Part shown: in pieces, positions 1 through 9,350 of the stretch
Position numbering within the stretch: the stretch's first letter is position 1
Layout: the number at the start of each line of letters is the position of its first letter
Origin: Escherichia coli
GTDB taxonomy: Bacteria > Pseudomonadota > Gammaproteobacteria > Enterobacterales > Enterobacteriaceae
Length of the DNA: 40,000 nucleotides
Direction: 5' to 3' (one strand)
NCBI RefSeq assembly: GCF_002214745.2
Contig: NZ_CP016828.1
Notes under the pieces: model-generated
The model's database searches: none
Told to the model about the DNA's origin: nothing
Seen by the model: the letters and a program-made list of their open reading frames with translations, nothing else
Made by a program: the position numbers and the translations under genes

Positions 1-478
1 TAATGTACTGCCAGCACAGACCGTCGCAGTCTTCTTCCTGCACAGTACCGGTAACCAGCAGGGTATATTCATCTTCCAGACCGAGGTCTTTAATGATTTT
101 ACCGGCATAAACCATAGATGCCATGCCGCCTTCCTGGTCGGAAGTACCGCGACCACCGATTAGCTCATCAGTTTCCATGCCTTCGTACGGATCGAAGTCC
201 CAGTTTTTGATGTTGCCAATGCCGACGGTATCGATATGAGCGTCCATTGCCACCAGACGCGGGCCGTGGCCGATATAACCGAGAACGTTGCCCATCGGGT
301 CGATTTCAACTTTATCGAAGCCGACTTTTTCCATCTCTTCTTTAATACGATGTACTACGCGTTTTTCGTCGCAGCTTTCACTGGGAATAGCAACCATGTC
401 GCGCAGGAAGCGAGTCATGTCCGCCTGGTAATCTTTTGCTTTTTCAAGAATCAGTTTGAATGGAATATTCTTAGCCAT
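1..478 (-). CDS. ygeY: M20-family metallopeptidase YgeY, N-terminal part (gene runs off the window edge)
   Basis: The reverse complement of 476-478 is ATG, preceded by a GGAG RBS (rc of 479-490). The minus-strand translation is [35 protein letters not shown]...[10 protein letters not shown]...[10 protein letters not shown], which is M20/ArgE-DapE-like and fits the position next to ygeX. It is absent from the ORF track because there is no stop in the window. Confidence 0.85.
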
Positions 479-535
479 TATTTTTCTCCAGATTTTTTAC
501 TCCCCGTTTTGCAGGGAGTAGTTCCAATAGGGTGA

Positions 536-1732
536 TTAAGGTGCTACAGCGTGTTTGCCTTCCCAGACAACTTCGCGGTAGTGCTTCACGTCGGTGTCGC
601 CTTCAGTGCTGATAACCAGCACCACGGCATCTTTGTTCAGCGCCAGTTTTTCCATCAGGCTTTGACGTTGCGGGTGATAATGAACCGCTGCGAGAACGCC
701 CAAACCGACAGCGCCGGATTCACCGGAGATGATGCGCGGGTCGTTGCCGTACGGATTACCCAGCACGCGCATACCTAATGCGGCAACGCTGTCCTGGCAG
801 GAGATGAATTGGGTGGCGCAGTTACGTAGGATTTCCCAGCCCAGCGGGTTAGGTTCGCCACAGGCCAGGCCCGCCATGATGGTGGCCATATCACCGCCAA
901 CGTTGACGATGTCGCCTTTGACGCCGGAGCGATAAATACAGTCAGCTTTGTCAGGTTCAACAATAATGCTGTGCAGATTTTGCGGGCTGTAGACGTCGAC
1001 CAGATAACCCAGCACACCACCGGCCATTGCTCCGACACCGGCTTGCAGCAGAACGTGCGTCGGGGTTACGCCCATTTCACGCATTTGCTCGACGGCTTCA
1101 TCTGCCAGGGTTGCGTAGCCTTGCATGATCCAGGTTGGGATTTTGGTGTAACCTTCCCATGCCGTGTCCTGTACCACTTCCCAGCCGTGCTGCTGCGCGT
1201 GTTGCATGGTCAGGCGAACGGTATCGTCATAGTTCATATCCGTGACGATGCACTCGGCACCGAGGTTCAGAATGGCGTCAACGCGTTCCTGAGCAGAACC
1301 TTTCGGCATGTAAATCACCGCATTCTGTCCGAGTTGCTGTGCTGCCCACGCCACACCGCGCCCGTGGTTGCCGTCGGTGGTGGTCGCGAAAGTCATTTTT
1401 TCGCCGATGGCATTTTTCAGGTGCTCAAATGACAGCGTTTCGATATCAAGATGATATTTTTCACACAATAATTGAGCGATGGCGTACGCACCGCCAAGCA
1501 TTTTGAAGGCGTTCAGACCGAATCGTTTTGATTCGTCTTTGACGAGAATTTTCTTCACACCAAAAAGGTTTGCGAGATCGTCCAGCGCACAAAGCGGTGT
1601 TGGGCGATAACCAGCTATTTTCTGGTGGAACTGGCGCGCCAGTTTGGCCTGGCTTTGCGAAAAGAGCGGTGATGTTTCGCCGTTGAAAAATTTGTTATCG
1701 GCGATATCAATCTTCAATGAGAAAACGGACAT
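536..1732 (-). CDS. ygeX: Diaminopropionate ammonia-lyase (PLP-dependent)
   Basis: 398-aa ORF. It has a PLP fold-type II signature around KDESKRFGLNAFKMLGG. Length and sequence match my recollection of E. coli YgeX/DpaL, and synteny with ygeW and ygeY agrees. Confidence 0.93.
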   Translation of the reverse strand: MSVFSLKIDIADNKFFNGETSPLFSQSQAKLARQFHQKIAGYRPTPLCALDDLANLFGVKKILVKDESKRFGLNAFKMLGGAYAIAQLLCEKYHLDIETLSFEHLKNAIGEKMTFATTTDGNHGRGVAWAAQQLGQNAVIYMPKGSAQERVDAILNLGAECIVTDMNYDDTVRLTMQHAQQHGWEVVQDTAWEGYTKIPTWIMQGYATLADEAVEQMREMGVTPTHVLLQAGVGAMAGGVLGYLVDVYSPQNLHSIIVEPDKADCIYRSGVKGDIVNVGGDMATIMAGLACGEPNPLGWEILRNCATQFISCQDSVAALGMRVLGNPYGNDPRIISGESGAVGLGVLAAVHYHPQRQSLMEKLALNKDAVVLVISTEGDTDVKHYREVVWEGKHAVAP

Positions 1733-1789
1733 ATCCTATCCTTTTGGCCTCTGGAAATAGAGGGCCGACCAGCTGATCGGCCCGAGGGG

Positions 1790-2980
1790 TTATTTCACGC
1801 GTTCTTGCGCTTCTTTCAGCAGTTGCTCGAGCAGTGCACCTGGTTTGGCGTATTTACGGGACAGGATCATCGCGGCGATGATATAAGGCTTCCAGCTGGC
1901 TTCTTTGTAGGTTGCGATACGGTATTTTTCGAATACGCCTTCAGTCACTTCACCTTCTTTACAGGATACGCCGCTGATATCAGCTGGCAGGCAGTGCATG
2001 TACAGGGCTTCGCCATCACGGGTCAGTTCCATCATCTCTTCAGTACAATGCCAGTCTTTGTGTTGCGCGTTCTGTGCCAGACACTGTTTTTCCAGTGCTT
2101 TTAAGCCTTCGTGATCGTTAGCGCGCAGCAATTCGGTACGCTGTTCCATCACTTTGTAAGGTGCCCATGACTTCGGATAAACGATGTCTGCATCTTTGAA
2201 CGCTTCTTCCATGCTGGTGACCTGACGGAAGCTACCGCCAGATGCTTTAGCATTGTTTTTCGCCACTTCAACCACATCCGGGATCAGGTCGTAGCCTTCC
2301 GGATGGGCCAGGGTGACATCCATACCGAAGCGAGTCATCAGACCGATGATGCCTTGTGGTACAGAGAGCGGTTTGCCATAGCTTGGAGAGTAGGCCCAGG
2401 TCATGGCGATTTTTTTACCTTTCAGGTTTTCCAGTGAACCAAAGTGTTCACGTAACCACGCGAGGTCAGCCATTGACTGAGTCGGGTGGTCAATATCGCA
2501 TTGCAGGTTCACTAAAGCCGGACGCTGTGGCAGTACACCCTGCTTGTAACCGTCATCAAGTGCAGCGCCAACTTCACGCATATAGGCGTTGCCTGCGCCC
2601 AGATACATATCGTCGCGAATACCAATAGCGTCGGCGCAGAAGGAGATCATATTGGCGGTTTCACGCACGGTTTCGCCGTGAGCGATTTGTGATTTGCCTT
2701 CGTCGAGATCTTGTTGTGCAAGGCCGAGCAGGTTAAGCGCGGAAGCATAAGAGAAGCGGGTACGGGTGGAGTTGTCGCGGAATACGGAAATACCTAATCC
2801 ACTATTAAAGACTTTGGTTGAGATGTTTTCAGCACGCAGTGCTTTTAATGCTGCGGCAACGTCCAGTACTTGTTTCAGTTCATCTGGCGTCTGTTCCCAC
2901 GTTAACAAAAAATCTTTCTCGTGAAGGTGAGAGGTCAGCGAATTGATATCCTTAATCAGCTCATTAACAGTTTTCATCAT
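1790..2980 (-). CDS. ygeW: Carbamoyltransferase-family protein YgeW
   Basis: 396-aa ORF with the transcarbamylase carbamoyl-phosphate motif STRTR (FRDNSTRTRFS) and an HCLP motif (MHCLPA). Length and context match E. coli YgeW. Confidence 0.92.
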   Translation of the reverse strand: MMKTVNELIKDINSLTSHLHEKDFLLTWEQTPDELKQVLDVAAALKALRAENISTKVFNSGLGISVFRDNSTRTRFSYASALNLLGLAQQDLDEGKSQIAHGETVRETANMISFCADAIGIRDDMYLGAGNAYMREVGAALDDGYKQGVLPQRPALVNLQCDIDHPTQSMADLAWLREHFGSLENLKGKKIAMTWAYSPSYGKPLSVPQGIIGLMTRFGMDVTLAHPEGYDLIPDVVEVAKNNAKASGGSFRQVTSMEEAFKDADIVYPKSWAPYKVMEQRTELLRANDHEGLKALEKQCLAQNAQHKDWHCTEEMMELTRDGEALYMHCLPADISGVSCKEGEVTEGVFEKYRIATYKEASWKPYIIAAMILSRKYAKPGALLEQLLKEAQERVK

Positions 2981-3070
2981 AAAGTCCCGGTAGTGGAATG
3001 ACAGGCAAAGTGGTTTATTTCACTGTGACTTGCCAAAGTGATTGGTGTTTTCACAGCTATACCTGGGACT

Positions 3071-3087
3071 AACAATAAGTGTGCCAG
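3071..3087 (-). promoter_or_regulatory. Candidate sigma54 -24/-12 promoter for ygeW
   Basis: The minus strand reads CTGGCACACTTATTGTT, that is TGGCAC-N5-TTGT against the consensus TGGCAC-N5-TTGC. The spacing is correct and there is one mismatch, in the -12 GC. It lies about 90 nt upstream of the ygeW ATG and next to the divergent sigma54 activator gene ygeV. Confidence 0.4.
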
Positions 3088-3455
3088 AATTATCCACGGG
3101 GCTGCAAAAGACTAATTTGACGGATAATGTGTGGGGTTGATCACAAATTGATGCCAGCTTCCGGTTGTTTGTAAAATACGAAAACGTTTGGCTTTTTTTA
3201 TCGCGTTATTTATTTGCTGCTAAGTATCAGAAATAAGATAAAGGGGCAGGCTATCTCTCTTCAGTTTGATAAACTCACCGCCGTAATTCTCATATTGATA
3301 TAGAAATGTGATATCTCTTCCATAATTTCATTAGAAAATGATAAAAATCTTATGTTTTTATCAAAGCCAATTTCGCCTGAGTTAATATCATCATGATCTG
3401 TGAACCATCAACGTCTTCAATGATCGACTTTTAAGTAAGTCTGGAAGGTAAAGCT

Positions 3456-5234
3456 ATGGAGCTTGCTACTACGCAGTCAGTATTGATGCAAATTCAACCG
3501 ACAATTCAGCGTTTTGCCAGAATGCTTGCCAGCGTTTTGCAGCTTGAGGTTGAGATCGTTGATGAAAACTTGTGTCGCGTCGCCGGAACGGGCGCGTATG
3601 GGAAGTTTCTTGGTCGCCAGTTGAGCGGCAACTCACGCCTGCTCCGCCACGTCCTGGAAACGAAAACTGAAAAAGTTGTGACACAGTCTCGCTTCGATCC
3701 CCTTTGCGAAGGTTGCGATAGTAAAGAAAATTGCCGTGAAAAAGCATTTCTGGGTACGCCTGTCATTTTACAGGATCGTTGTGTTGGGGTGATAAGTTTG
3801 ATTGCCGTTACCCACGAGCAACAAGAGCATATCAGTGATAATTTACGCGAATTTTCTGATTATGTTCGCCATATATCCACCATTTTTGTTTCGAAACTTC
3901 TGGAGGATCAGGGGCCAGGAGATAACATCAGTAAAATATTCGCGACCATGATCGATAATATGGATCAGGGCGTATTAGTTGTTGATGATGAAAGTCGGGT
4001 TCAGTTTGTTAATCAGACTGCCTTAAAAACACTTGGTGTTGTACAAAATAATATTATTGGGAAACCTATCCGTTTCAGACCATTAACATTTGAGAGTAAT
4101 TTTACTCATGGACATATGCAGCATATTGTTTCGTGGGACGATAAAAGTGAATTAATCATTGGTCAATTGCATAACATTCAGGGCCGACAATTATTTTTAA
4201 TGGCATTTCACCAATCGCATACCAGTTTTTCTGTAGCAAATGCACCTGATGAACCACATATTGAACAATTGGTTGGCGAGTGCCGTGTTATGCGGCAATT
4301 AAAACGACTCATTAGCCGTATTGCACCCAGCCCATCCAGCGTTATGGTGGTTGGTGAAAGCGGCACGGGTAAAGAAGTCGTCGCCCGAGCAATCCATAAG
4401 TTGAGCGGAAGACGGAATAAACCCTTTATTGCTATCAACTGTGCCGCGATTCCGGAGCAGCTTCTGGAAAGCGAACTGTTCGGTTATGTTAAAGGCGCAT
4501 TTACTGGCGCTTCTGCCAACGGTAAAACAGGGTTGATTCAGGCGGCGAATACGGGCACGCTGTTTCTCGATGAAATAGGTGATATGCCATTAATGTTGCA
4601 GGCTAAATTACTGCGCGCTATTGAGGCGCGTGAAATTCTGCCGATTGGTGCCAGTAGCCCAATACAAGTCGACATTCGCATCATTTCTGCAACTAATCAG
4701 AATTTGGCCCAGTTCATTGCCGAAGGTAAATTCCGCGAAGATCTCTTCTACCGACTTAATGTTATCCCGATAACTCTGCCACCGCTGCGTGAACGTCAGG
4801 AAGATATTGAACTATTGGTGCATTACTTTTTACATCTGCATACCCGTCGTCTGGGATCGGTTTATCCTGGCATTGCTCCCGATGTCGTCGAAATATTGCG
4901 TAAGCATCGTTGGCCCGGAAACCTGCGCGAGTTAAGCAATTTGATGGAATATCTGGTTAACGTAGTTCCTTCAGGTGAAGTTATCGACAGCACGCTATTG
5001 CCGCCAAATCTGCTGAATAATGGCACAACGGAGCAAAGTGATGTAACAGAGGTCAGTGAGGCGCACCTGTCACTCGATGATGCGGGCGGCACGGCGCTGG
5101 AGGAGATGGAAAAGCAAATGATCCGCGAGGCGCTTTCACGTCATAACAGCAAGAAGCAAGTTGCTGATGAACTGGGCATCGGCATTGCTACGCTCTATCG
5201 CAAGATTAAGAAATATGAGTTGTTAAACACATAA
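3456..5234 (+). CDS. ygeV: Sigma54-dependent transcriptional activator (bEBP) YgeV
   Basis: 592-aa ORF. It has an AAA+ Walker A (GESGTGKE), the sigma54-contact GAFTGA motif (KGAFTGA), a C-terminal Fis-type HTH (ELGIGIATLYRKIKKY) and N-terminal sensory domains. Confidence 0.93.
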   Translation: MELATTQSVLMQIQPTIQRFARMLASVLQLEVEIVDENLCRVAGTGAYGKFLGRQLSGNSRLLRHVLETKTEKVVTQSRFDPLCEGCDSKENCREKAFLGTPVILQDRCVGVISLIAVTHEQQEHISDNLREFSDYVRHISTIFVSKLLEDQGPGDNISKIFATMIDNMDQGVLVVDDESRVQFVNQTALKTLGVVQNNIIGKPIRFRPLTFESNFTHGHMQHIVSWDDKSELIIGQLHNIQGRQLFLMAFHQSHTSFSVANAPDEPHIEQLVGECRVMRQLKRLISRIAPSPSSVMVVGESGTGKEVVARAIHKLSGRRNKPFIAINCAAIPEQLLESELFGYVKGAFTGASANGKTGLIQAANTGTLFLDEIGDMPLMLQAKLLRAIEAREILPIGASSPIQVDIRIISATNQNLAQFIAEGKFREDLFYRLNVIPITLPPLRERQEDIELLVHYFLHLHTRRLGSVYPGIAPDVVEILRKHRWPGNLRELSNLMEYLVNVVPSGEVIDSTLLPPNLLNNGTTEQSDVTEVSEAHLSLDDAGGTALEEMEKQMIREALSRHNSKKQVADELGIGIATLYRKIKKYELLNT

Positions 5235-5243
5235 CCTCAGTGA

Positions 5244-5275
5244 ATCCGGCCTGAATTCAGGCCGGATATCCTTTT
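5244..5275. terminator. Hairpin terminator between the convergent genes ygeV and xdhC
   Basis: The perfect palindrome ATCCGGCCTGAATTCAGGCCGGAT (5244-5267) is followed by ATCCTTTT on the + strand. It sits between the ygeV stop (5234) and the xdhC stop (5274). Confidence 0.7.
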
Positions 5276-5753
5276 ACTTCGTTTTCTCGCAATCCTGAAC
5301 TGTATTTACAATCATCTGATACCCCGTGCAGCGACAAAGATTTCCCGCCAGTCCGCGACGAATTTCCGTAATGGTTAATGGCTTCTCGCGTGGTTTCGCC
5401 AGCATTGCCGTGGTAGCCATAATCAGGCCAGGCGTACAAAACCCGCACTGCACTGCGCCGGATTTCGCATAAGCCTGCTGAACATGAGAAAGTTTTCCGC
5501 CTTTCGCTTCACCTTCCAGCGTGCGGATCTCTTTTCCTTCAGCCCAGGCGGCAAGGTATAAGCAACTGTCTATTGCTGTGCCGTCGACCAACACCGTACA
5601 GGCACCACATTCACCCACGCAGCACCCTTGTTTGACACTTAGCAGTCCTTGTTCGCGGAGTAATTCCGAGAGCGGCGTGCCTGGTGCGGCGTGAAGCTGA
5701 AAAGGCATCCCGTTAATGGTGCATTCGATGGTAATTGTTTCGCTGTGATTCAT
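5274..5753 (-). CDS. xdhC: Xanthine dehydrogenase iron-sulfur subunit
   Basis: 159-aa ORF with the plant-type [2Fe-2S] motif [11 protein letters not shown] and a second cluster motif (CGFCTPG, CRCTGY). Its start overlaps the xdhB stop. Confidence 0.93.
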   Translation of the reverse strand: MNHSETITIECTINGMPFQLHAAPGTPLSELLREQGLLSVKQGCCVGECGACTVLVDGTAIDSCLYLAAWAEGKEIRTLEGEAKGGKLSHVQQAYAKSGAVQCGFCTPGLIMATTAMLAKPREKPLTITEIRRGLAGNLCRCTGYQMIVNTVQDCEKTK

Positions 5754-6628
5754 TGCAATTTTCCCCCCGCCGCGGCGACGGCTTCGCTAATCACTTTTTT
5801 GGTCATCGTCTGGATGAGATGCAGACGAAACTCTTTACTGGCCCGCCATGAAGAACGCGGGGCGACATCTTGCAGGACAGATTCGCTGATAGCTTCCAGC
5901 GTTTGCAGGTTTAATGGCGCATTTTGTGCAGTCTGTTCGGCATGTTGGCAGCGAATCGGCGTTGGCGCGGCAACACCAAATGCCAGGCGTAATTCGCTGA
6001 AATTGCCGTTATCCAGTCGGCAATGTGCGGCGCAGCCAATCGTTGAAATATCCATCGCGTCGCGCATGGCATATTTAAAATGCGCGCTGCCCGCGTGTTC
6101 TTTCGGCTGTGGCGGAAAATGAAAGGCGACGAGGATTTCGTCATGCTCAAGAGACACTTTGCCCGGCCCGGTGTGAAAGCCATTAATCGGGACGAAACGA
6201 ACACCGCGCGGGGAGTGGATCTCCAGTTTCGCGTCATAAATTAGCGTTGGCGTGGCAGAATCTGCGCTGGTGGCACCGTTGCAAATATTTCCACCGTAGG
6301 TAGCGACGTTACGGATCTGCGGTCCAGCAATGGACGTGGCCGCAGCACATAACGCCGGGAGATGACGTTGAGTTATAGGATCTTCTATTAGCTGGGTAAA
6401 TGTCGTTGCAGAGCCGATACGTAGCGAGCCATCTTCCGCCAGCGTAATTCCCCGCAGCTCCGCCAGATTATGAATATCAACAATATGGCGATAACGGTCA
6501 TTGTGATGGTGGAGCTGAATCAGTACGTCAGTGCCACCGGCGAGCAGTTTGGCCTGCGGGTTGTCAGCCAGCAGGTTGATGGCATCGGCAAGGGTTGCTG
6601 CGCGATGGTAAGAAGCAAAATCAAACAT
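5750..6628 (-). CDS. xdhB: Xanthine dehydrogenase FAD-binding subunit
   Basis: 292-aa ORF with a CO-dehydrogenase flavoprotein-like sequence ([18 protein letters not shown]). Operon order is xdhA-xdhB-xdhC. Confidence 0.92.
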   Translation of the reverse strand: MFDFASYHRAATLADAINLLADNPQAKLLAGGTDVLIQLHHHNDRYRHIVDIHNLAELRGITLAEDGSLRIGSATTFTQLIEDPITQRHLPALCAAATSIAGPQIRNVATYGGNICNGATSADSATPTLIYDAKLEIHSPRGVRFVPINGFHTGPGKVSLEHDEILVAFHFPPQPKEHAGSAHFKYAMRDAMDISTIGCAAHCRLDNGNFSELRLAFGVAAPTPIRCQHAEQTAQNAPLNLQTLEAISESVLQDVAPRSSWRASKEFRLHLIQTMTKKVISEAVAAAGGKLQ

Positions 6629-6638
6629 GATGTTATCC

Positions 6639-8897
6639 TCAAATCAATCCTGCCAGATGGAACTCTTCATATAACCGTTTTGGCGTCAGCGGCAGTGTAT
6701 TGATTGCAACACCGGTAGCCATCTTCACCGCGTTACGAATAGCAGCGGCAACAGGAATTATTGGTGGCTCACCCAGTGACTTATGTCCGTATGCGGATTG
6801 CGGCTCATTGATTTCGACGAACGCGCTTTCCAGTTGTGGCAGATCCGGCATGGTCGGCATTTTGTAATCCAGCAGATTGGGGTTACGGACCACGCCGCTT
6901 TTAGCATCGATGATCATCTCTTCAAATAGCGCCCAGCCAATGCCCATTCCCATTCCGCCGTGTACCTGACCTTCTGCCAGCAGTGGATTAAGAATATGCC
7001 CTGAATCATGAACGTTGAGGATGCGGTTGATGGTGACTTTGCACAGCGCAATATCGACCGTCAGATCAACAAAGGTACAGCCAAACGCCGGTGGGTTAGT
7101 GGTGGTTTTGATGGAGCTTTCAGCAGAGAGCTGCCCGCCGCGTTCAGGGTGGTAGAAAGCGTCCATCGCCAAATCTTTTAACGACATTAACGGCTCTTCC
7201 GGTCGTTCAACCAGCACGATATGGCCTTTTATCAGGGTCAGATTCATCGCTGACTGATGTAGCATGACTGCGGCGTGAGCGATGATTTTCTCTTTTAATA
7301 ATAGTGCCGCACTGCGCAGCGCAGGCGCGGCAACATAGCTCTGGCGTGAGGCAAATGCGCCGGGATCGAACGGCGTAACGTCGGTATCTTGAGTTGAAAT
7401 AACGCGAACGTCGCTGACCGGAACCCCCACGGTTTCTGCCACCATTTGCGAGAAGACGGTGTCGGCACCCTGACCGATTTCCGTCGCGCCGCTTTGCACG
7501 TTGATGGTTCCATCCTGATTCATCAGAAGGCGCGCGCCTGCTATTTCTACGCCGACAGGCCAGGTGTTAGAGGTGTAGCTAAAACAGGCGACGCCAACGC
7601 CGCGGCGCAAATTGCCTTGCTGGTTCTGGCATTCTGCACGGCGTTTTTCCCATTCAAAGATTTTCCGGCCTTTTTCAAGACACTCCGGCAACCCTGCGCT
7701 GTAAATACGTTTGCCCGTGAGCGGATTAGCATCTCCTTCGCGGGCGGCGTTGCGTAAACGAATTTCAACAGGATCAATACCTAACGCTGTCGCGGCGTCA
7801 TCAAGCATAGACTCAACGGCAAATACGACTTGTGGCGCGCCATAACCACGCATCGCACCAGCCGAGGGGAGGTTGGTATAGCAGGTCTTTGAACTGTAAG
7901 CGTAGGCACAACGAGGATAAAGGTAAGCGACTTTATTCCCCCCCGCAGAAGCGATGGAGTGCCCGTGAGATGCATAAGCGCCGGTGTTAGACAGAACATC
8001 CAGACTATAACCTTTCAATGTTCCGTCGCGGTTCACGCCCATTTGCCCGTCAATGGTAAAAGCGTGGCGGGTACGGGTTGCGAGGAAACACTCTTCACGG
8101 CTAAGGGAAACTTTCACCGGAATGCCGCCAAGCTTGCTGGTCAGGAATGCCGCCATTGGCTCTTCCAGTACATCCTGTTTATTACCAAAACCGCCACCGA
8201 CAAACGGTTTGATGACTCGTACGCATGACCAGGGAATATCCAGCGCCTGACCAACCACGCGGCGAACAATGTGCGGGATCTGGGTGCTGGAAACGATGGT
8301 AATTCGCGAGTCATCCTCCATCCACGCCAGCGATGTTACGCTTTCCATGTGACAATGTTGAATAACGGGGGTCTGATAGTGCCCCTGTACCTGGTAGTCG
8401 GCGGCATCGATTGTTTGTTGGACATTACCCGTCGACATCGTGCTTTGTTTCAGTAAATTGCCACCGTTATGGATTGGTGCAGCGTCTTCTGCCAGCGCCG
8501 CTTCTGGCGTGGTGATAACGGGTAATTCTTGCCACTCAATGCTGACCAATTGCGCCGCTTTTTCTGCCGTGAGTTCATCGCGGGCCACGACGATGGCAAC
8601 GGCGTCACCATGATGACGAACATGGCGAGTTAGCAGTGCGCGATCGGCGGTATCGCGCTTGTTTTCGTCAAGTGTCCAGGCATGCCCAGCAGTAGCAAAT
8701 GGAATATCAGGCACATCTTCCCAGGTAAAAATCGCCAGTACGCCCGGCAAACTTCTGGCTTGTTCATCATTAATACTTACGGCATAACCATGTGCGATAG
8801 GGCTACGTACATATTTCGCATAACACATGCCCGCCATAACATAATCGTCAGTATATCGTGCCCGCCCGGTGACCTTAGCAATGGCATCGACGCGCAT
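6639..8897 (-). CDS. xdhA: Xanthine dehydrogenase molybdopterin-binding subunit
   Basis: The ORF track gives 6639..8936 (765 aa). I prefer the ATG at 8897 (MRVDAIAKVTGRARYTDDY, 752 aa), which is the length I recall for K-12. The sequence is an aldehyde oxidase / xanthine dehydrogenase a/b-hammerhead plus MoCo domain. Confidence 0.9.
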   Translation of the reverse strand: MRVDAIAKVTGRARYTDDYVMAGMCYAKYVRSPIAHGYAVSINDEQARSLPGVLAIFTWEDVPDIPFATAGHAWTLDENKRDTADRALLTRHVRHHGDAVAIVVARDELTAEKAAQLVSIEWQELPVITTPEAALAEDAAPIHNGGNLLKQSTMSTGNVQQTIDAADYQVQGHYQTPVIQHCHMESVTSLAWMEDDSRITIVSSTQIPHIVRRVVGQALDIPWSCVRVIKPFVGGGFGNKQDVLEEPMAAFLTSKLGGIPVKVSLSREECFLATRTRHAFTIDGQMGVNRDGTLKGYSLDVLSNTGAYASHGHSIASAGGNKVAYLYPRCAYAYSSKTCYTNLPSAGAMRGYGAPQVVFAVESMLDDAATALGIDPVEIRLRNAAREGDANPLTGKRIYSAGLPECLEKGRKIFEWEKRRAECQNQQGNLRRGVGVACFSYTSNTWPVGVEIAGARLLMNQDGTINVQSGATEIGQGADTVFSQMVAETVGVPVSDVRVISTQDTDVTPFDPGAFASRQSYVAAPALRSAALLLKEKIIAHAAVMLHQSAMNLTLIKGHIVLVERPEEPLMSLKDLAMDAFYHPERGGQLSAESSIKTTTNPPAFGCTFVDLTVDIALCKVTINRILNVHDSGHILNPLLAEGQVHGGMGMGIGWALFEEMIIDAKSGVVRNPNLLDYKMPTMPDLPQLESAFVEINEPQSAYGHKSLGEPPIIPVAAAIRNAVKMATGVAINTLPLTPKRLYEEFHLAGLI

Positions 8898-8991
8898 GCA
8901 TGATTCACCCGTAGCGGTTGCTTCCCGCGCTTCCATAGAAATCCCCTCGATTTGAACATTTGGTTCTTATGGCAAAGATTTAGTCTAAGCA

Positions 8992-9008
8992 GGCAAGATT
9001 TACGCCAG
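8992..9008 (-). promoter_or_regulatory. Candidate sigma54 -24/-12 promoter for xdhABC
   Basis: The minus strand reads CTGGCGTAAATCTTGCC, that is TGGCGT-N5-TTGC, with GG-N10-GC spacing exact. It lies about 95 nt upstream of the preferred xdhA ATG, and ygeV is encoded next to the operon. Confidence 0.5.
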
Positions 9009-9350
9009 AAACGACGATAAGCGTTAGGGGAGGTAGGAAGTGTGATGACGTTAAAAAAACACAGATATGATACGAAACAGGACTCTGAATAGGGGCAGTG
9101 ATACGTATCAATATGAGTGGCGATAAAATCAATGTGATAAATTGGGATTATTACGCATCAGGATGGGAAATAGGGTAAAAAGTCAGGAAGTTCGATACCT
9201 CTACAGCGAATATTTTGCTGATGATACTTCCCTTTGCCAAATGAAATTAACCTCTTTCTCTATTACCACGTTTTTCCAGAAGCAAGAGATTGGGTATCAA
9301 GAGGCTGGCTGCTATGATAAGGCGTCTTGTTTTTTAAGCGAGGAAAGATT

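Noticed and set aside
236-535. 99-aa + strand ORF at the start of the window
   Set aside because: It lies antisense to the clearly M20-peptidase-like ygeY reading frame. Its sequence is low-complexity with no motif, so it is an artefact of the opposite-strand gene.
551-8959. Numerous 60-150-aa ORFs nested in or antisense to ygeX, ygeW, ygeV, xdhC, xdhB and xdhA (for example 971..1432, 5691..6122, 5911..6237, 7446..7757)
   Set aside because: All overlap long ORFs with strong family signatures. They are Arg/Ala/Gly-rich in the way expected of off-frame translation of GC-normal genes, and they lack RBS or start context.
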